DNA from: Klebsormidium nitens | Taxonomy: Eukaryota > Plantae > Klebsormidiophyceae | Length of the DNA stretch: 64,000 nucleotides | Assembly: GCA_000708835.1 (NCBI GenBank) | Contig: DF236956.1 | Coordinates: 372,001-436,000, forward strand | Reading direction: 5' to 3' | In this document: positions 13,346-24,300 of the stretch, piece after piece | Position numbering within the stretch: the stretch's first letter is position 1 | How the letters are laid out: every line of letters begins with the position of its first letter | The notes under the pieces: generated by a model | The model's input: only the letters and a program-made list of their open reading frames with translations | What the model was told of the DNA's origin: nothing | The model's database searches: none | Made by a program: the position numbers and the translations under genes

Positions 13346-14023
13346 TGTGCAGTATATAGGCTCCTGGGATAGGGCTGTGCAGTCGCTTAGTGCTGCTGGC
13401 TTACGAGCTTGTCATGCTTTACGTCAGCGATGCGCGGAGATTCGCCTGTATGATCCACGATTGAGAGGAGAGTTATTTGACAGTTTAGTAGTACCCGTTT
13501 TGATGCACGGAGCGGAGGTTTGGGGGGCTACATCGCGGGTCAGCATGACCAGTTTCGGAGATCAGGAGAGAGATGCGACCGAGCAGGTGCATCGCGGGTT
13601 CTTTAGAGGTCTTCTCGGGGTGAGAGCTAGCACGTCAGGGATTTCGATCCTCGGCGAGTTTGGTCGGTTTCCACTTTTAATGCGTAGGGTCAGAGCCATT
13701 TCATTGTATTATAATCGCTTGATTGATTTGCGTGGTAGTGGTAGGTTAATTGATTTAGCATTTCAGGATAGCGTGCAATTGTGGAAGGAGTGGGAGTTCA
13801 TGCATGATAGTGCAGCATTACCTGGTACTCGGCACTCTACGCCGAGAGTTAGAGGCTGGTACGGCGATACTATACATATGCTAGGTGGTCTTGGCTATCG
13901 TACTGCAGACCTGCTGCGCTGAGGCGAGTGGGATGTTCCATCGATGATATTGGATCTGCAGAGACGTTATTTGACGGGCTCGCACAGATTGGGGTCAGTC
14001 AAACAGACTTACGATAGATTGAG
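13346..14023 (+). mobile_element. 5'-truncated, decayed non-LTR retrotransposon (RTE/RTEX-like), 5' part
   Basis: ORF 13347-13922 carries post-RT LINE motifs LFDSLVVPVLMHGAEVWG and HRGFFRGLLGVRASTS..ILGEFGRFPL. There is a premature TGA at 13920-13922, after which the frame continues to the transposon insertion point. Confidence 0.85.
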
Positions 14024-14838
14024 CCCGAGGTGGCAACTGCCTATTTTAAAACATGGTATCTGCGAACTAAAACAGCGTCGTTGGCTGTTTTACAACGTTT
14101 TACTAGCGTTTTAAAACGTTTTGGGCGTTTTAAAATGCATTTCAAAGATTTGCCGCCATGACCTCTTGATTGCATTTTTTTCTTGTTTTTTCTTGTTTTA
14201 TTCGTATGTGTCACCTATCCGGACATGTGCCATCCTTCAACTGAGTGGATTGACATGATATCATGAAGATATAAGTTGATTCAACATACATATCAGTGCA
14301 CATGCACATGCCTGATTTGGTTAATAAGAACACTGAACGGTTAGGAGTTTAATGCTTCAATGCTGCAATAAATAAGTTGGATTCAACTAAATCAACTACC
14401 TAAATAAAACGTTGAGATGTAATTACGGAAGTAAGACTTGCAAATATATGCATCCGCTATATACCACATATCCGTTAGTTCAGGTCACATGCAATTAGTG
14501 ACCGGACTCGGGTTGCATATGTTGAAAAGAAACCATTAAATGAGTGAACCGCACATGCCGCATGTTTTAACACTAGCAGGTTTACGATCGTTTGCATCGC
14601 AACCAATTTGCATTTGCACTGCTTAAGTAAGTTGCTTTATCTGCTGAAGTACGCTATAATAATGGAGTAGACGGCTTGGGCTGTCCAAGCTTTGGGCTTG
14701 ATATGCTATCGAGATAAGCGCCGTGTACATAGTTACTGTACAATGTTTCGGATCTTGAGCTAAAATCCGACTCAATAAACATTCTTCACTGGCCCGGGAC
14801 TGGCCCTCTCTACAAGAAAGAGTGACGGCTTATTGAGT

Positions 14839-17800
14839 CTACCGTAAAACCACCCGAGTGGCTCTGCGTCCACCCCTCGTGACATGTTGCGTTGTCTCGA
14901 CCCCGTTATTCTCTCCTGCCACTGCAACCGAGTTCTGCTCCCTCCAAATTTGTCTTACTGATTGCGGCATGTCTGGCCGTGTCTGGTCGACATCTTGCCT
15001 CACAAAAGCATCTAACACTGCCAGATCCCCCGGCTCCAACTCGTAGTGCCCTTGGTCCGTGAGCGGGCTCAACTTTATTGTGCATAAAATGGCAGTTAGA
15101 GGCATCGGATCCGCCTCCCCCTCGTCTTCATAGCCCCCGTACTGATAGGCGAGGCGGGTTGCGTCCACAGCCTTGTAGTATTTCAGGATGACTTCCACTC
15201 CAGCCTCTCGTGTTGCTTCTGCAATTGATACAGGCCGATGATAGTCAATGCGTGCCCCACCAGACGTGACCTTGAACATTTTCTGTACTCGAGCAAGAAA
15301 CCAAGCAGTCTTGTCGTCACTGGAAAGCAGCTCAATAGCCACATCATCGAACAGACCGACTTCTTTGCCCTCTGCGTCGGAATCAGTAACGGCCTCAACC
15401 GAGGAGCCTGCACGCTGCGTGCTAGCCTGTACTCGTCTCAAACGATCTAGTGACAAGTGCTCAGGAGCCGCGTTCAGTTCACTAATCAGACGTGCCTTGT
15501 ACACCAAGCCCTTTCCGGGGACTTCGACCGTTGTACTCGTCTTTTCCCGGACTGAGGAATCGGTGCCATCCGTGCTTGCATCCCCAATTTCTTGAAAAGC
15601 ATCCAAGATCGACGAACGGATTACCACAGCCTCTTCACTTGCAAGATCAAGCTCAGTGCAAGAGCTCATTCCAGCATCGATGGGCAGAGGCGTTGCGAGA
15701 GAGGGCTGAAGACTTATCTGCACCGCTGCTGACGTGGCACCGCGCCCGCGCTCCGGTATGGCAGGCTGCGCCGCTGCTGACGTGGCACCGCCCCCGCGCT
15801 CCGATACGGCAGGCTGCACCGCTGCTGACGTGGCACCGCCCCCGCGCTCCGGTACGGCAGGCTGCGCCGCTGCTGACGTGGCACCGCGCCCGCGCTCCGG
15901 TACGGCAGGCTGCGCCGCTGCTGACGTGGCACCGCGCCCGCTTGACGATGCGACGGTGTTGGCAGCCTCCGGGTCGAGCTCTTCGTCCGTGATCAGCTCG
16001 TCCGCCAGGGACTCCGATTCGGAGAGCGACGCTGGCCAGGGGTCGGTCCACTTCCGTGCGGCCTGCAGGACAGGAACCATTCCGGCAGTTAGTGCTCGGT
16101 CGCGCGCCATTGCCAGCCCTGCAGCCCAAGCTTCCACAAGCTTCTCATCCGGAACTGATTCGTAGTCCTTCATGTTAGCACGCATGCTCAGAGTCCCGTT
16201 AACTTCCAGCCAAAAAAGCTTTCGCCTTCTCGACGTGACAAACAACGGACTGTCCTCATCCACTTTGATCTGCTCCAAACGGGCCACGTGACTGATCCTT
16301 TCTAGTGCCTCCCCAAAGGTGAAATTGTGCTTGTTCCGGACCCACTGACCCATGAGAGAAAAGATGCTCTCAACACAATCACTGCTCGCCTTCTCCAAAC
16401 ACACATCCAAATGCGAGAAGCGATCACGCATGACACGGATCAGATTGACAGCAAAATGGCAGCTGATCAGCAGGTCGGTCTGCCCTTCTCGAGTCAACCA
16501 GTTCTTCTTGAGAGTGTGGCCAAAGCCGCGGTGGCGAATGAACTCGGAACCCATGTAGACGATGTTGGCCACGAAAGACGCCAGCACCACCCGCTGGTAC
16601 AGGGAGTCGACTCCATAGAACACCTGCAAGAAGGAGTGGATGACTTCAAGATGCAGCATGGTTCCTGTAACATCTTCTTGGACGCGCCTTCCATCAGGAA
16701 GGGTGAATCCTGCTTGCAACTTCTCGAGGCAGCTCAACACTCGCAACGAAGCAGCGCGCTGCACAGCAGCAACGCTCTGCTTATCGCGGACATCCACATC
16801 TTCTTCAAGCAAACCGTGCTCAGACTTCGGAAACACGGACATCACAAGCCTAAGATGGTTTATTGTGGCAAGATGTGTGCCCCAATAAACGTTTCTGGAA
16901 GCGACAAGGAGAGGGTTTCTGAGCTTCTTCCCAATGTGGAAAGGATCCTGATCCATCATGACAGGATACCCGTTCACAACCTCTGCCTTCATGATAAACC
17001 CCGGGCACTCCAAACCATAAGTACCTCGAGCAATACTCTGCAGCATGCATTTGACTCTCCGTCGATCACCATCAGAGGCGTGCGACACCAACACTCCTAT
17101 CTCAGCAAAGTGGGTGACCAGGAAAGACCTCACCTGATCCCAACGCTGCTGAATGCTCACATGGGTGAACGTGTTGCACGTTGGCAGTATCGCCAGCACT
17201 AAAGTCGGCAGATCTGCGCACAGGACGTTAAGCGCGACCACGAAGCACATTGTGCCCGTAGCATATGTGTCGAAAGCGCCAACGATGCTCTCATAGCTCG
17301 CCGCACTCGGATTGCAATCGAAGGTGCAGACATGCGGAGAGCCATCAACAGCTTTGGGTCCGCAAAACCCATCAATGCAGTCGGTGCGGCAATTCCAAGT
17401 TGCTGAAGCAATGCACGCGGTTTCGTCTTCACTCACCTCGAGAGGTACCTTACCAATGATGCCCTTCTTGGCCATGAGTTGCTTGAGCAACCCTGCCAAG
17501 TGCTCAAAAGTCGACTCCTGCAGCAAGCCAACGTACAGCAGCGCGTCTTTCCTGTACAAGGATTTGCATGTGTTGATTGCAGGGCCCAACAGGTTCACAT
17601 TCAGGAAGTTTGCCACGAGTGGACCACCAAATTGCTGCAGGCATTCATACATGAGCTTGCTGCTGCGACTGTGCCGCTTACCAGTACCCTTGCCATCATG
17701 CTCGTGCACAGTGAGCAGGTTCTTGCCAAGATCAAGAAGAAAGTTCAACAATGTGCTTCGACCTTCAAAGGCCCCAGACTCGGAAGCACGTCGAAAGAAC

Positions 17801-18561
17801 TCAGCAATCTCAGGCAGCGAACCAGAGGCAAGGGCTCGCTTCAAGCGCGCCGAAAGATCTTCCTTGCTCTTAGAAAGATTCAACACATGAACGTTCAACC
17901 AGTATCGGTCAAGTTCCAATGTCTTGCACCGCTTCTGCCACACTTTCAGCGAGTCTATCAGCTCCTGCTTCTGCAGATACTCTAGGCGAACTCCCTTCTT
18001 GCAGATCCGTGCGCCCCTCTTCGTCTCCGCCGTTGTCTCCCGTGTCAGCCGGCTCTTGAAGTCTGGCAAGGAAGGAATGGTGCGACAGTTAGCACAGTCG
18101 AACCCTTGGCATTCCTTGTGGCGGAAGGTTCCTTTATGAGATTTGTATTCTGCCATGGACGACGAGCGGTTGAAGTAGGGATCAGCATACCACAACTTGC
18201 CATCATCAAGATCGTGAAGCAAAGGTTCCACTGCATGCTCAACACCTTCAATGCAAACAGTTTCTTCGAACCAGCCAATGCATCTCTTCTTCTCTAAGAA
18301 CAGGCGCATCTTCTCAGAGTCTGCTACATCAGCAACACTAGGGACATAGTTGTTGGGATACTTGGCCAGCCCGCGAGCGACACCATTGGCGAATGAAGCT
18401 GCCAATGTGGGTTGCGTGGAACTTGGGCCAGCGGCCTCCCGCTTGGCGACCATCCTGGCATGGTCCCTGCCATTGATGTGCGCCTTGATGGTGTCGCGGC
18501 TGTCGACAAAAGTGCCCCTGAAGTTGCACACTTCGCAGCGCCAGGTGTCGCTGTCAACCAT
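14839..18561 (-). CDS. P-element-like DDE transposase, main exon (1240-aa open frame)
   Basis: Motifs in P-transposase order: VSEDETACI (D1), SHASDGDRRR (D2), DQDPFHIGKKLRN (DxxH), DKQSVAAV (compare KQNV), SSDCVESIFS (E). C2H2 finger CEVC-x15-H-x5-H at the N-terminus. A splice acceptor at 18570-18571 opens the frame in phase 1. Confidence 0.85.
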   Translation of the reverse strand: MVDSDTWRCEVCNFRGTFVDSRDTIKAHINGRDHARMVAKREAAGPSSTQPTLAASFANGVARGLAKYPNNYVPSVADVADSEKMRLFLEKKRCIGWFEETVCIEGVEHAVEPLLHDLDDGKLWYADPYFNRSSSMAEYKSHKGTFRHKECQGFDCANCRTIPSLPDFKSRLTRETTAETKRGARICKKGVRLEYLQKQELIDSLKVWQKRCKTLELDRYWLNVHVLNLSKSKEDLSARLKRALASGSLPEIAEFFRRASESGAFEGRSTLLNFLLDLGKNLLTVHEHDGKGTGKRHSRSSKLMYECLQQFGGPLVANFLNVNLLGPAINTCKSLYRKDALLYVGLLQESTFEHLAGLLKQLMAKKGIIGKVPLEVSEDETACIASATWNCRTDCIDGFCGPKAVDGSPHVCTFDCNPSAASYESIVGAFDTYATGTMCFVVALNVLCADLPTLVLAILPTCNTFTHVSIQQRWDQVRSFLVTHFAEIGVLVSHASDGDRRRVKCMLQSIARGTYGLECPGFIMKAEVVNGYPVMMDQDPFHIGKKLRNPLLVASRNVYWGTHLATINHLRLVMSVFPKSEHGLLEEDVDVRDKQSVAAVQRAASLRVLSCLEKLQAGFTLPDGRRVQEDVTGTMLHLEVIHSFLQVFYGVDSLYQRVVLASFVANIVYMGSEFIRHRGFGHTLKKNWLTREGQTDLLISCHFAVNLIRVMRDRFSHLDVCLEKASSDCVESIFSLMGQWVRNKHNFTFGEALERISHVARLEQIKVDEDSPLFVTSRRRKLFWLEVNGTLSMRANMKDYESVPDEKLVEAWAAGLAMARDRALTAGMVPVLQAARKWTDPWPASLSESESLADELITDEELDPEAANTVASSSGRGATSAAAQPAVPERGRGATSAAAQPAVPERGGGATSAAVQPAVSERGGGATSAAAQPAIPERGRGATSAAVQISLQPSLATPLPIDAGMSSCTELDLASEEAVVIRSSILDAFQEIGDASTDGTDSSVREKTSTTVEVPGKGLVYKARLISELNAAPEHLSLDRLRRVQASTQRAGSSVEAVTDSDAEGKEVGLFDDVAIELLSSDDKTAWFLARVQKMFKVTSGGARIDYHRPVSIAEATREAGVEVILKYYKAVDATRLAYQYGGYEDEGEADPMPLTAILCTIKLSPLTDQGHYELEPGDLAVLDAFVRQDVDQTRPDMPQSVRQIWREQNSVAVAGENNGVETTQHVTRGGRRATRVVLR
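15721..15940. repeat. 48-bp coding minisatellite (~4.6 copies) inside the transposase
   Basis: Unit caccgctgctgacgtggcaccgcgcccgcgctccggtatggcaggctg, encoding (RGRGATSAAAQPAVPE)n on the minus strand. Confidence 0.95.
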
Positions 18562-18995
18562 TCGAGCACCTGCAAAGCAAAACTTATAATTTAGCCCTGG
18601 CTTTTTGCTTCAATGAAATGTGGTTTCCTTGCTTTATTCCAGTAAGTGCGAAAGATTGCCTGTATGACTTTGAAAGCCCGTTTTGCACAGGCTTTATGAT
18701 GATTTGCATGCACTTGCATGGACTATGATAGCCGCCTGACAGTTCTAAAACGTCGGACAGCCTCCAAGACCTTGATCAGTCTAGGCTGCAGCAAAGGTCA
18801 GCTTTGCACAGGCAAGTGCGAACAGGAGGCGTGGTCGGCCTAAAGCAACGGGTGGAGCGCCTCGTCTTAAAAACCACTTGTTGATCTAATTGACCATAAG
18901 CAGAAGTCAAGAATCATGATCAAAAGTACAGTAAAGCAAGACTGCCCAGGACTGCCTACAAGTATGAACTTTGAAAGCAGCCATCTAAGACGCAG

Positions 18996-19910
18996 TCAAT
19001 GTATGAAGCAGAGTGTTCTTTGAGTGCCAGGCGCTGAAAGAAACTTGAGTGACTGGACAATGCCTGCAGCAAGCATTAACAGACTTAATGTGCCCTGCCG
19101 AGATGCTCTTTCAGGTGCACAATTGACTGCAAAGCGCTCACCCCGATCATTGTACACCGTTACCAAGGCCTCCCTCCTGGCCTTCAACTCTTCCAGCTTC
19201 CTCTCAGCCTTGCTGGTTCCCTCCTTCCAGTCATCCAGCTTGCTCTGATGGAGTTTGCTGACAAAGTGCTGCTTCTTGAAGTTGGACAAAGAATACCTGT
19301 GACCAGTATCGTATCCCTTCGGCTTCTTGTCCTTACATAGCTCGCAGAAAACCATCCAGGTTCCATTCTCATCACAGATCAGCTTGTACTCGCCATACTC
19401 TTTGTGAGGATATTCTTTGATAAGCTTCTCCCAGAACTCGAGAAGCTTGGCAGGAGGAGTAGGACCCTTTTTCTCCTCTACATTGGCCCCTTCTGTTCCT
19501 GGCTCAATCTTCACTTTTCCCTTGCGGCTCCTGTTTTCTGCATCTTCTGCTGATGCATCCTCCAGATCCACAACACCACCCGGCTGTGGTTCAGTATCCT
19601 CTCTCCTCCGCTTCAGAGACGGAGAGACCTCTCCAAACGAGACCCGCTTGGCCGCAAGACGTGGGCTGCTTCTGCAACCCAAACTTGACACAGCCACCCT
19701 GCTTGGAGTAACACAGGAAGGCCTCTGAGTGATGGAGGCAGCGGAAAGCAATGTTGACTGTCCTGGAGCTAGGTGGTTGCTGCGGTGATGCTCACAACAT
19801 TCGCAAAATCTCTCCTTTTCAGGGATTGGTTCAAATTGTTGGCAATCACAAATCCTTAGGTTGACAGGATCTAGCTGCTTCTGGCATTTTCCCCAGACGC
19901 TTGCAGCCAT
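18996..19910 (-). CDS. Upstream ORF or exon of the transposon: Cys/His-rich motif plus U1/matrin-type C2H2 finger, probably the 5' exon of the transposase
   Basis: 304-aa ORF on the same strand as the transposase, with CQKQ..CDCQQF..CECCEHHRSNH and FCELC..FKKQHFVSKLH. The donor joining it to the 18569 acceptor could not be fixed. Confidence 0.65.
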   Translation of the reverse strand: MAASVWGKCQKQLDPVNLRICDCQQFEPIPEKERFCECCEHHRSNHLAPGQSTLLSAASITQRPSCVTPSRVAVSSLGCRSSPRLAAKRVSFGEVSPSLKRRREDTEPQPGGVVDLEDASAEDAENRSRKGKVKIEPGTEGANVEEKKGPTPPAKLLEFWEKLIKEYPHKEYGEYKLICDENGTWMVFCELCKDKKPKGYDTGHRYSLSNFKKQHFVSKLHQSKLDDWKEGTSKAERKLEELKARREALVTVYNDRGERFAVNCAPERASRQGTLSLLMLAAGIVQSLKFLSAPGTQRTLCFIH

Positions 19911-20643
19911 AATTCACCTCTCCTGGAACCACAAGAAAAAGTGACAGCTTTCTCTTTGATCAGAATGAGCTGCTTCCCAGCCTTCCCTTGGCCCCTTCTC
20001 AAAAGTCAAGACCAAAGAGTCTCAGTCACAAAGTGACTGACTGCAGGTACCGTAGGCTGAGGCGCAGCATCACCCGGTCGTACAACAAGTGTCAAAGTGT
20101 TGTAGAAAACATCGGTCCGATCCGTAGGCAAAAGCGGTCAAGTTTGTTGACACTCAGAGGACTACTGACTGGGTACCACAGATAGCTAAGGACCAGCATG
20201 GTGCAACGGTCAAATTTGGTCAACGAACCAATTGTAAACGTGCAGCATGCCACATCAGCCAGGACGACAAGCTCCCGATCCCACAGAATCTGGATGGATG
20301 GTCCCCGTCGGCGTGGGCTCTTAGGGGTTAAAAACAAAAACAGCCTGTTTTAAAACGATTTACTGTTTTATCTGTTTTATAAAACGCCCTTTTTGCAAGT
20401 CCGCCCAACACGCAGATACATGTTTTAAGATATTTCCGTTTTAAAGTGTTTTATAACCCGTTTTTAAATACGGGGGGGGGTCCAAATTTTAAAACAAGTA
20501 GTGTTTTAGATACTAGAGACAAAGACCCATCGATTGGAGCAGTATAAAACATAAATAGCTTTCATTATCGGGCGGTTTTGGATGAAGGCAAAATTAAAAC
20601 GGCATCTGTTTTAAAACGGGAGTTGCCACCTCGGGAGATTGAG

Positions 20644-20944
20644 AGATTGGGATAGTTATACTTTTGCTCCGTACATGACCCACTATTTTACAGAGGCCTA
20701 CCGTTGCCTACTAAGCTCGATTTCGTACTGGGTCACACGACCTTGCTGGAGTGACAGGCCGTTGGGGCGTAGCGCGTGACTCCCACTCCTCCCATTTGCA
20801 TAGACTATGTTCATTGTGTCATTTGAATAGAATAGAGAACGAGGACCATTTCGTTTTCGAGTGCCCAGCTTATAGGTTCCTACGCACAGAGCGGNNNNNN
20901 NNNNNNNNNNNNNNTATAAAATAAATTGATTGATTGATTGTGCA
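20644..20944 (+). mobile_element. 3' part of the interrupted LINE, with CCHC zinc knuckle and (TTGA)n tail
   Basis: After a +1 frameshift it reads ARFRTGSHDL..TGRW..RLCSLC..IENEDHFVFECPAYRFLR. Then a 20-N assembly gap (20895-20914) and aaataaattgattgattgattg. Possible TSD TGTGCA at 13346-13351 and 20939-20944. Confidence 0.85.
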
Positions 20945-21319
20945 CAGCAAGGTTTGCTTACATCATCAAAGCCCCTCCTCTGCCTCTGCGAGGAAAGCTG
21001 CATATATAGGTAGTCCTCTACAGGCTCTAGATCTTGGAATTGAGCGCAGGCCCGCAGGCCCAGGGCTAGCATCGCCGGTGAATCCCCATGTCTAGCTGGT
21101 ATCCTAGCCTTAGCCTTAGGCTTACATAGGTCTTCAGTAGCCTCCTAGGGATCTTTGTTCTGCAACGAAACAGGGCGGCAGCCTGTCCTGTCTTTCTGAC
21201 GGAGATACCTAAGGAAAGCCACCACAGCGTGGTCCGCACTTTTCTTTGGATCAGCTTGCTAGGTCCGTCTGTTCTCGGCATTGATCAGTGGGGCGCCGTC
21301 CCTGCAATTCCCTCTAGAA

Positions 21320-24300
21320 ATGAAGCCCCCCCGGCAAAATCCCGGGTCTGCTCTGAAGAAATGGGGGGCCGCTGCGACGGTGCTGACCGGCCTTTGCCTG
21401 CTCATCCTTTTCTTGACCTCCTCTAAGCACAACGAGACAGCTGTCCAGATCCGGCAGACAGCTGTCACCTACCTGGGCGGGCAGGCAACCTCAAATTCGA
21501 AGCCCAGCTTTAACATAGATCCGTACCCATTCATGGGACCGATCGTGTGGAGCGCGATCCACGCCCGCATGCAAGCAGAGTACACAATGAATGGCGCGGT
21601 TCCTGTCACAGAAGCGTTCTACAATGACTATGTGCCAGACGCTTCGCTTCCGGTCTGGTCGACCGACACGATCAACCAGTGGGTCGGGCTCGTACAGGCA
21701 AAGTCAACTGACTTCGGCACGTATGGCAAGCAAGCGATTGCTGACATCATGTCGGCATTCGATGCGCACCCTGTCAAGGGTAAAACGGTTCTGGTGGTGG
21801 GAAGCATCACTCCTTGGGCGGAGGCAATCGTCATAGCCTATGGAGCGGCACAGGTGTACACTGTTGACTTTAACAAGCCAATTTGCGACGATTTTAGGAT
21901 CATAACCATGGACATTGCGGAACTAGACGCGAGCACAATGACGTACGATGTCGTGCTCAGTTTCTCGAGTCTGGAGCACGATGGGCTGGGCAGGTTTGGG
22001 GACCCTATGCACCCGCACGGGGATATAGAAAGGGTGAAGCGGATCAAGACGCTTGTGAAGAAGGACGGCGGGCTGTTCTTCTTGGCGGTCCCCACGGGGA
22101 AGGACCACCTCGTCTTCAATGCACACAGGGTGAGACTTCTCCTCATTTTGTTCAGAATTGGAACATCCATTTATTGCTTGCGATCCAGTGGAGTGTTTTT
22201 CTGCTTCTTTGCCAATTTTTCCTGGCTGAGGATTCTGCGGTGAGAGCAGAGAGGGTGAGAGATTGAGCACTATTCCTGAGCACTCACTCGAACGTTCTTC
22301 CGGAGACTCGGTAGAGCAGTGTGTGAGTTGTCTGGGCCAGCTTTTTCCATGATGATTTGCCTGTCTGTATCAAAGACACACCCTGTAATCTGGAGCCCCA
22401 GCCTCTTTGTTCGGACATAGGAGTGTAACGCCATGATGGCATAGTGCAAATTATCTTCAGGGTGGAGGTATTTCTCGCCCAAATGTCACTGGTTTCCGTG
22501 TTGAGGAGTTTGAAACCCTCTGTGCAGAAGCCAGTCTCGGTGCTCCATTACTGAGTGGATTGGCAGTTTCTCGTTGGAATCTGTCTAATGTTGATTGTTC
22601 GAAATTTGAGGAGCAGAAGAGTATTGTTGTGTGAACCTTTAACAACTCTGTCTGCCTCGGTTAGCTCTTCATGCTTTTGAAGTATGTCCAGACCCTATTG
22701 ACAAGACTGTTTCATAAGTTGGGTACAAGATCTGGGATCTGTGGATGTCTCTGTCGAGAGTGATTCCAATTTACCAAGGCTGCTGGGGCTTACCAAGCAA
22801 GTCTTCAAAGCGCCGCTGATTCCTTCAAAGCCAAGCCCAAACATTCAGTGATTTGGAGATAGGTTTCTGCTCATTCAGGGCTCGGCTTGAGTGTTAAGAA
22901 GCCTTTTGATTGTCAAGTGTAGCCGGATGAAGTGATCAAGTTTGCTGTTCGTTATAGAAGCCTGACATCTAGAGCTGTTTGGGTTCAAGAGGTCACGATT
23001 GACTTTGTCTCAGGCTTTTGGTTGTTTCTTTGTGTTTAGGTTTGTACGCTTGTTAACCCTTGATTTTTGTACGTAGTTCCAGGTCGAACTTCGTTTCAGG
23101 CGGTGGTTGTGCAAAACGTTGGACTGTTAAAACGTCTTAGTAAAGTTGGGGGGTTCCCGTTTTGCGGAGGCCTGAGAAGTCCGCTTTTGTGTAGTCCACT
23201 TGTAGTCTGGCATAGAAAAGATCGCCAGAAGGTCCCACCCAATTGATTTGTTCGTCGCCATGTTGGAGCCACCTTGAGTGGCAGCTGATAGCAAAGCTCG
23301 CGAGACGTAGAAGAAATACCCCTCCAATAAGTCAGCGTGCTTCGTGATGAGCGCCCAAGGCTCCTGTTCATGTTCCAAAATCTCATGCCCAAGGGTTTTG
23401 CATTTGCTGACTTCCCTCTGCTTGTTCAGGTGCAAATATTGCCCAAATTTTGTCGCCTTGTCTCTAATTCAAACCTTAGCAGACTACTCGAATAACCACT
23501 CTGTTTCGGAGGCATCGTTTAGTGGCTTTTGTTGTCCGCTCCTTCAAAAGATTATATTCCTTCTTTTTTCCTTTGTCGTCCCTTGGGGGCCATTTTCCGC
23601 CAGTTTGGCAGGCTTCGTACGGAGCCTGAACCAAACAATATTTTGACCCGTTGGGCGCTTCTTCGAAAAGGCAGCTCGTTCCGTACCTTTCAGAACGCCA
23701 TCAAAACCTTTTTGGAAGATATTCGTACCTGCTGAAGGTCAAAATGAACGACTCGTTTGAAGGCTTTCCGTACCTTTCTCGAGGCACACTCGTCTGATTC
23801 TGCGCGCACAGGTGTAGGGCCATAAACGGCCGGCGTTGGTATTCGAAAGCAGAGACCTTATATGGGGATCTAACCGAAGGCCTTCCGTATCTTTCTGGGC
23901 GCTGATTACAACTTCCTGGAGGTTGTGTTGAACGACTATTCTGAAGGCGCTTTGCACCTTTTTGAAAGTCACGATCGTTTGATTCTTCGCGCGCAGGTAG
24001 ACGGCCGAAAACGGCTAGCTCTGCTCTTTGAAGGCTGGGAGATCATAGGAAGTTGATTGAAGACTGTATCTTTTTGCTTCAACTATCTGAGGGCTAGATT
24101 GGACTTCTCTTTGTAGGGCTCTTCGTTTGTTTCTAGAGGCTACAACCGTGTTTCTCTGCGCTTGCAGGTGTACGGCCGAAAACGGCTTGCGCTCCTGTTT
24201 GAAGGCTGGGAGGTCATGGGGATCTACGACGACAAGACATACTCGGAGTCCGTGTGGGACTCCCCGTACACGTGTACAAACGTGGCGGAGCCGTGCCCGC

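Larger units (their letters stand above)
14024..20635 (-). mobile_element. Apparently intact P-element-superfamily DNA transposon, 6.6 kb
   Basis: Imperfect ~30-bp TIRs whose first 15 nt (CCCGAGGTGGCAACT) are identical, at 14024 and ending at 20635. Perfect 8-bp target-site duplication AGATTGAG at 14016-14023 and 20636-20643. Internal transposase ORF. Confidence 0.93.

Noticed and set aside
20895-20914. Run of 20 N
   Set aside because: Assembly gap at the LINE 3' end, not biology. It limits certainty about the LINE tail and TSD.
22400-23450. Short minus-strand ORFs inside the DUF268 intron, possibly a decayed TE
   Set aside because: No RT, transposase or terminal-repeat motif could be identified.
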